64,000 nt of DNA, from assembly GCF_037042905.1 (NCBI RefSeq), contig NC_087253.1, positions 8,804,001 through 8,868,000 of the forward strand, written 5' to 3'. Source of the stretch: Lytechinus pictus (Eukaryota). Both the position numbers and the translations under genes were made by a program. Under the pieces are notes generated by a model. It worked only from the letters and a program-made list of their open reading frames with translations, was not told the DNA's origin and searched no databases. Each line of letters begins with the position of its first letter. Positions within the stretch are counted from its first letter, which is position 1. Below are positions 61,040 to 64,000 of the stretch, in pieces.

Positions 61040-61553
61040 TTTTATGCCTCCGCCCACTGATCATCGTGCATGAGTGTCCAGGTTGCATGATCAAGGTCAA
61101 AGGTCATTTAGGGTCAATGAACTTGGACCATGGTTAATTTTTTTTTTAATGTCGTCATAACTTTAAAATTGTAAGGGCCTATTTTATGAATCTTGGACAA
61201 AAGGTAATTCAAGTATTGCTGATAATCTTGCATCAGTGTCAGGTCACATGATCAAGGTCAAAGGGTCAATGACATTTGAACATGTTGGGGTAACAGCACT
61301 GAAATTTTAACTGTTAGTTTTTTAAATGTCATCATCATGGGCCTATTTCATGAACTTAAACATAAGGGTAATCAAGTATCACTGACTATGAGTTGCAAGT
61401 CGCATGGTCAAGGGCAATGGCCATTTATGAACTTTGACCATGTTTTGGTTATCAAAATTGAAATCTTAACCATGTTGTTTTTTTCAAAGTCAGCATTGCT
61501 GCTATATTGAATTGCGTAATGCAGGCGAGACTGCCAGAGGCGTTCCACTTGTT
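61040..61553 (+). mobile_element. Helentron-associated (HINE-like) element just downstream of the YR gene stop
   Basis: TTTTTATGCCTCCGCC start, repeated GGTCAAAGGTCA cores, ...AGAGGCGTTCCACTTGTTT end. Confidence 0.5.
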
Positions 61554-63689
61554 TGAAAATAAGGTTATTGCTTTAGGCAAATCATCCGCATTCAGTTGAT
61601 GAAGCAACCCAAACGAAGATGATATAAATCGTGTATTTTTAACATTTTATTGGAATAAAATAAATGATTAATATGAGCTAATCTGTTTTTACGAAAAACT
61701 AATTCTATCTGCCCTTTTTTGTAACAAAAATAATTTGTCTAGCTGAATTCTGGAGGCGTTGCCCTATGCTAATACTCCATAATTCAAATAAGGGAAAATA
61801 AGTGTACAATACAAGTTTAGCAAAATGTTGGGAGGGAACGTTGTTTTCGGCAGTTTGTTGATAACACCAACATTTCTAGACAATAATTTGCTTAGATATG
61901 ATGTGTATATACTTTCCATGAAAGTTAGTTGTCTATAAACAGACCATTAAGTATGTTTGTAACTGTAAAAGTTACAGTAATATTTTTGTAATCTAAAACA
62001 TATTGTTGTTGGTTGATAATAACATTGATATTGTACTTTGATGAGTTAATATTGATATCAATTTAAAGGGAAGGTGAACCCTGGCAATAAATGGGTTTCA
62101 ATAAACAGAGATCAGCAAGAGAAGTAATTTTTCTATTTTTCTATTTCTATGGAGAATGCAAATTGACAATGCACTGGGACAAAGGAGTGGTCAACTCCCA
62201 TATGTTATATATGTTGAGAGATATTTGAATTCTTCATTAATTAAGCTAATGCCCGATTTTTTTTTATTGGATGAAAATTGTATTGAAGTGAATTGAATTT
62301 AAATGCCTATTGACTACAGTTTCATGCTAATACATTTACTTATAAATACAAATAGTATCAAACAGTCATGTCAGGTTGACTCCTCAAGCAATTTCTATAT
62401 AAACACATGTTGGCCACTTTTATTCATAACGTACATACATAATTTTCACATTTAGTGTATGAGTATTTCACTTTGTTTATAGTACATGATAAAAGGAATG
62501 TACAATTATTATGCCAAGAGTAAGAACTGAGCAAGGGAAAACATCAATTTCACTCATGTCAAAAATCTGGATTGGTTTACCATTAGAGATTTAACATATT
62601 TGGACAACTAATCTTTTTTGTATAATAGTCTTAAGAAATGTTTGTTATGCAAGTATGTGTAGTTTACATACTATGCTGTATTGTTATTATATAGACCTAC
62701 ATTTTGCGATTTGTAGCCCCCCCCCCAAATAATTTCACCAAATGTGTAGAAAAAAATGTAAATTGCCTATTATCAGGCTCGCTTGCATTCATGTTCAGTT
62801 AAATGCTATTTAAAATGTATTTTCTCAAACTCAACTGCTTTGCTCACTCGCATTCATGTTAAATGCTATTTAGAATACATAGCTCCTCAAGCTCAATCAC
62901 TTTGCTGGCTCACATTCCTGTTATTTGAAATGCGTGGTTTCATACTTGCTTGCGCTTCACTCGCTTGCATTCATGTTAAATGCTCTTTCAAAAGGCGTAG
63001 ATTCTCAGGCTAGCTCGCTAGCAATAAAAAGAGCATAGGGCCTATTTTTAAATGCAATGCTTCTCGGGCAGAATGCGTATTCAATTTGCAAATTTCTGAA
63101 GCTCGATCGTATCGCTCCTCCACGTTTTCCGGGTGTGTGTGTGGTGTGAGGGGAGGGGGGGGGGGGTGTTGGTCAGCTTGGGAAATTTTTGCCCGATCCC
63201 CAATCCTGAAAATTGATCGACACCCCTGAACACTTACTGTAATTTGTTACATGGGTGAATACCAAAAGTTTTATATTCAGTTTTGTTAATGTCATTCAAA
63301 ACTGCCATATATTTGTATCCAAATAAGCTATACTCTAGGTAATTGTATTGTACATGCATGTAGAGCACCCTGTTATAAAGGTGCAGGGTCCTGCCCCCTA
63401 TTTTAAATAGATATGATTTTAATGAATTTCAAATTTGGATATTTATGTTTTTATGCTCAAAGAAACTTCTACCTCGGTCTTTACTTAATATTTTAATTTT
63501 AATTACAATGTTCACTGTCATTTAATTCAAAATTCCTCCAATTACCACATACCCCAAAATACTCTCATCTGTCTTTCAAAACTCAATATTTTATGAAGGT
63601 TCAGTTACTTGGAACAGCATTCCCGATTATATCAAACAAAGTTGTACTTTGTCTGTTTGTACATTTGTCCCTTCTTTTTTCTTTCCCTT

Positions 63690-63925
63690 TTGTACACTTT
63701 ATATATACATATATACATGTGTATATCTATGTTGTAGATTTCTGTCAATATTTGCCTTTCTACAGAAATCCGTACTTACACTTTTTCATGCAATAACTGT
63801 TTCTTTGTATTTCTTTGTATTTTTTTAATGATCTATATTTCTATGTGAATATGTTTGTAACCTGTATTGTATTTTTGTGTGTGAAAGTGTTAAATGAAAT
63901 CTGAATTGAATTGAATTGACTTGAA
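63690..63925 (+). mobile_element. Probable LINE 3' UTR remnant with a (GAATT)n tail
   Basis: T-rich UTR-like tract ending in GAATTGAATTGAATTG. Confidence 0.35.
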
Positions 63926-64000
63926 TTTGGAATATTAACTTATTATCTAGGGTCATTTTTATCAATCTTTCTGTATTCTGCTGTAAATTCTTGTGTTACA

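Noticed and set aside
50404-63228. CAGGGGCGGCGATCC / TGATCGACACCCCTG as TIRs enclosing the SET-YR gene
   Set aside because: Only 11/15 match, and the flanks (CCTCAAGC vs AACACTTA) give no TSD; probably ends of independent MITEs. The element's true termini were not found.

Overview
This is AT-rich, repeat-dense animal genomic DNA, most likely from a sea urchin (inferred from an early-embryonic-type histone H1 copy and the repeat families). No prokaryotic genes or CRISPR arrays are present. From left to right: (1) a Tx1/L1-type LINE inserted into an antisense CR1-group LINE whose long ORF (broken by one frameshift) carries a 2A-like 'GDICPNPGP' motif ahead of the endonuclease. (2) An intact intronless alpha-1,3-fucosyltransferase (GT10) gene and a duplicated, pseudogenised copy. 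Between them lie an L2 LINE with nested solo-LTR, Harbinger and LINE insertions, and a 3-exon pseudogene for a secreted PPPDE/permuted papain-like peptidase. (3) A minus-strand Thr/Ser-rich mucin-like gene whose start exon sits in a 4-copy 3.6-3.8 kb tandem array. Every array junction carries a 238-bp foreign spacer with a minimal type I hammerhead-ribozyme motif (Penelope-like). (4) A cluster of DNA transposons, including a hairpin element whose internal sequence is complementary to its own joined ends. (5) A histone H1 orphon pseudogene. (6) A ~10 kb multi-exon, now disabled gene that appears to join a PR-Set7-like SET domain, a 24-unit coding repeat, zinc fingers, a tyrosine recombinase and a Myb/SANT-like tail (Crypton-like element); one splice junction is out of phase. 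All family assignments come from motifs read by eye; no database searches were run.
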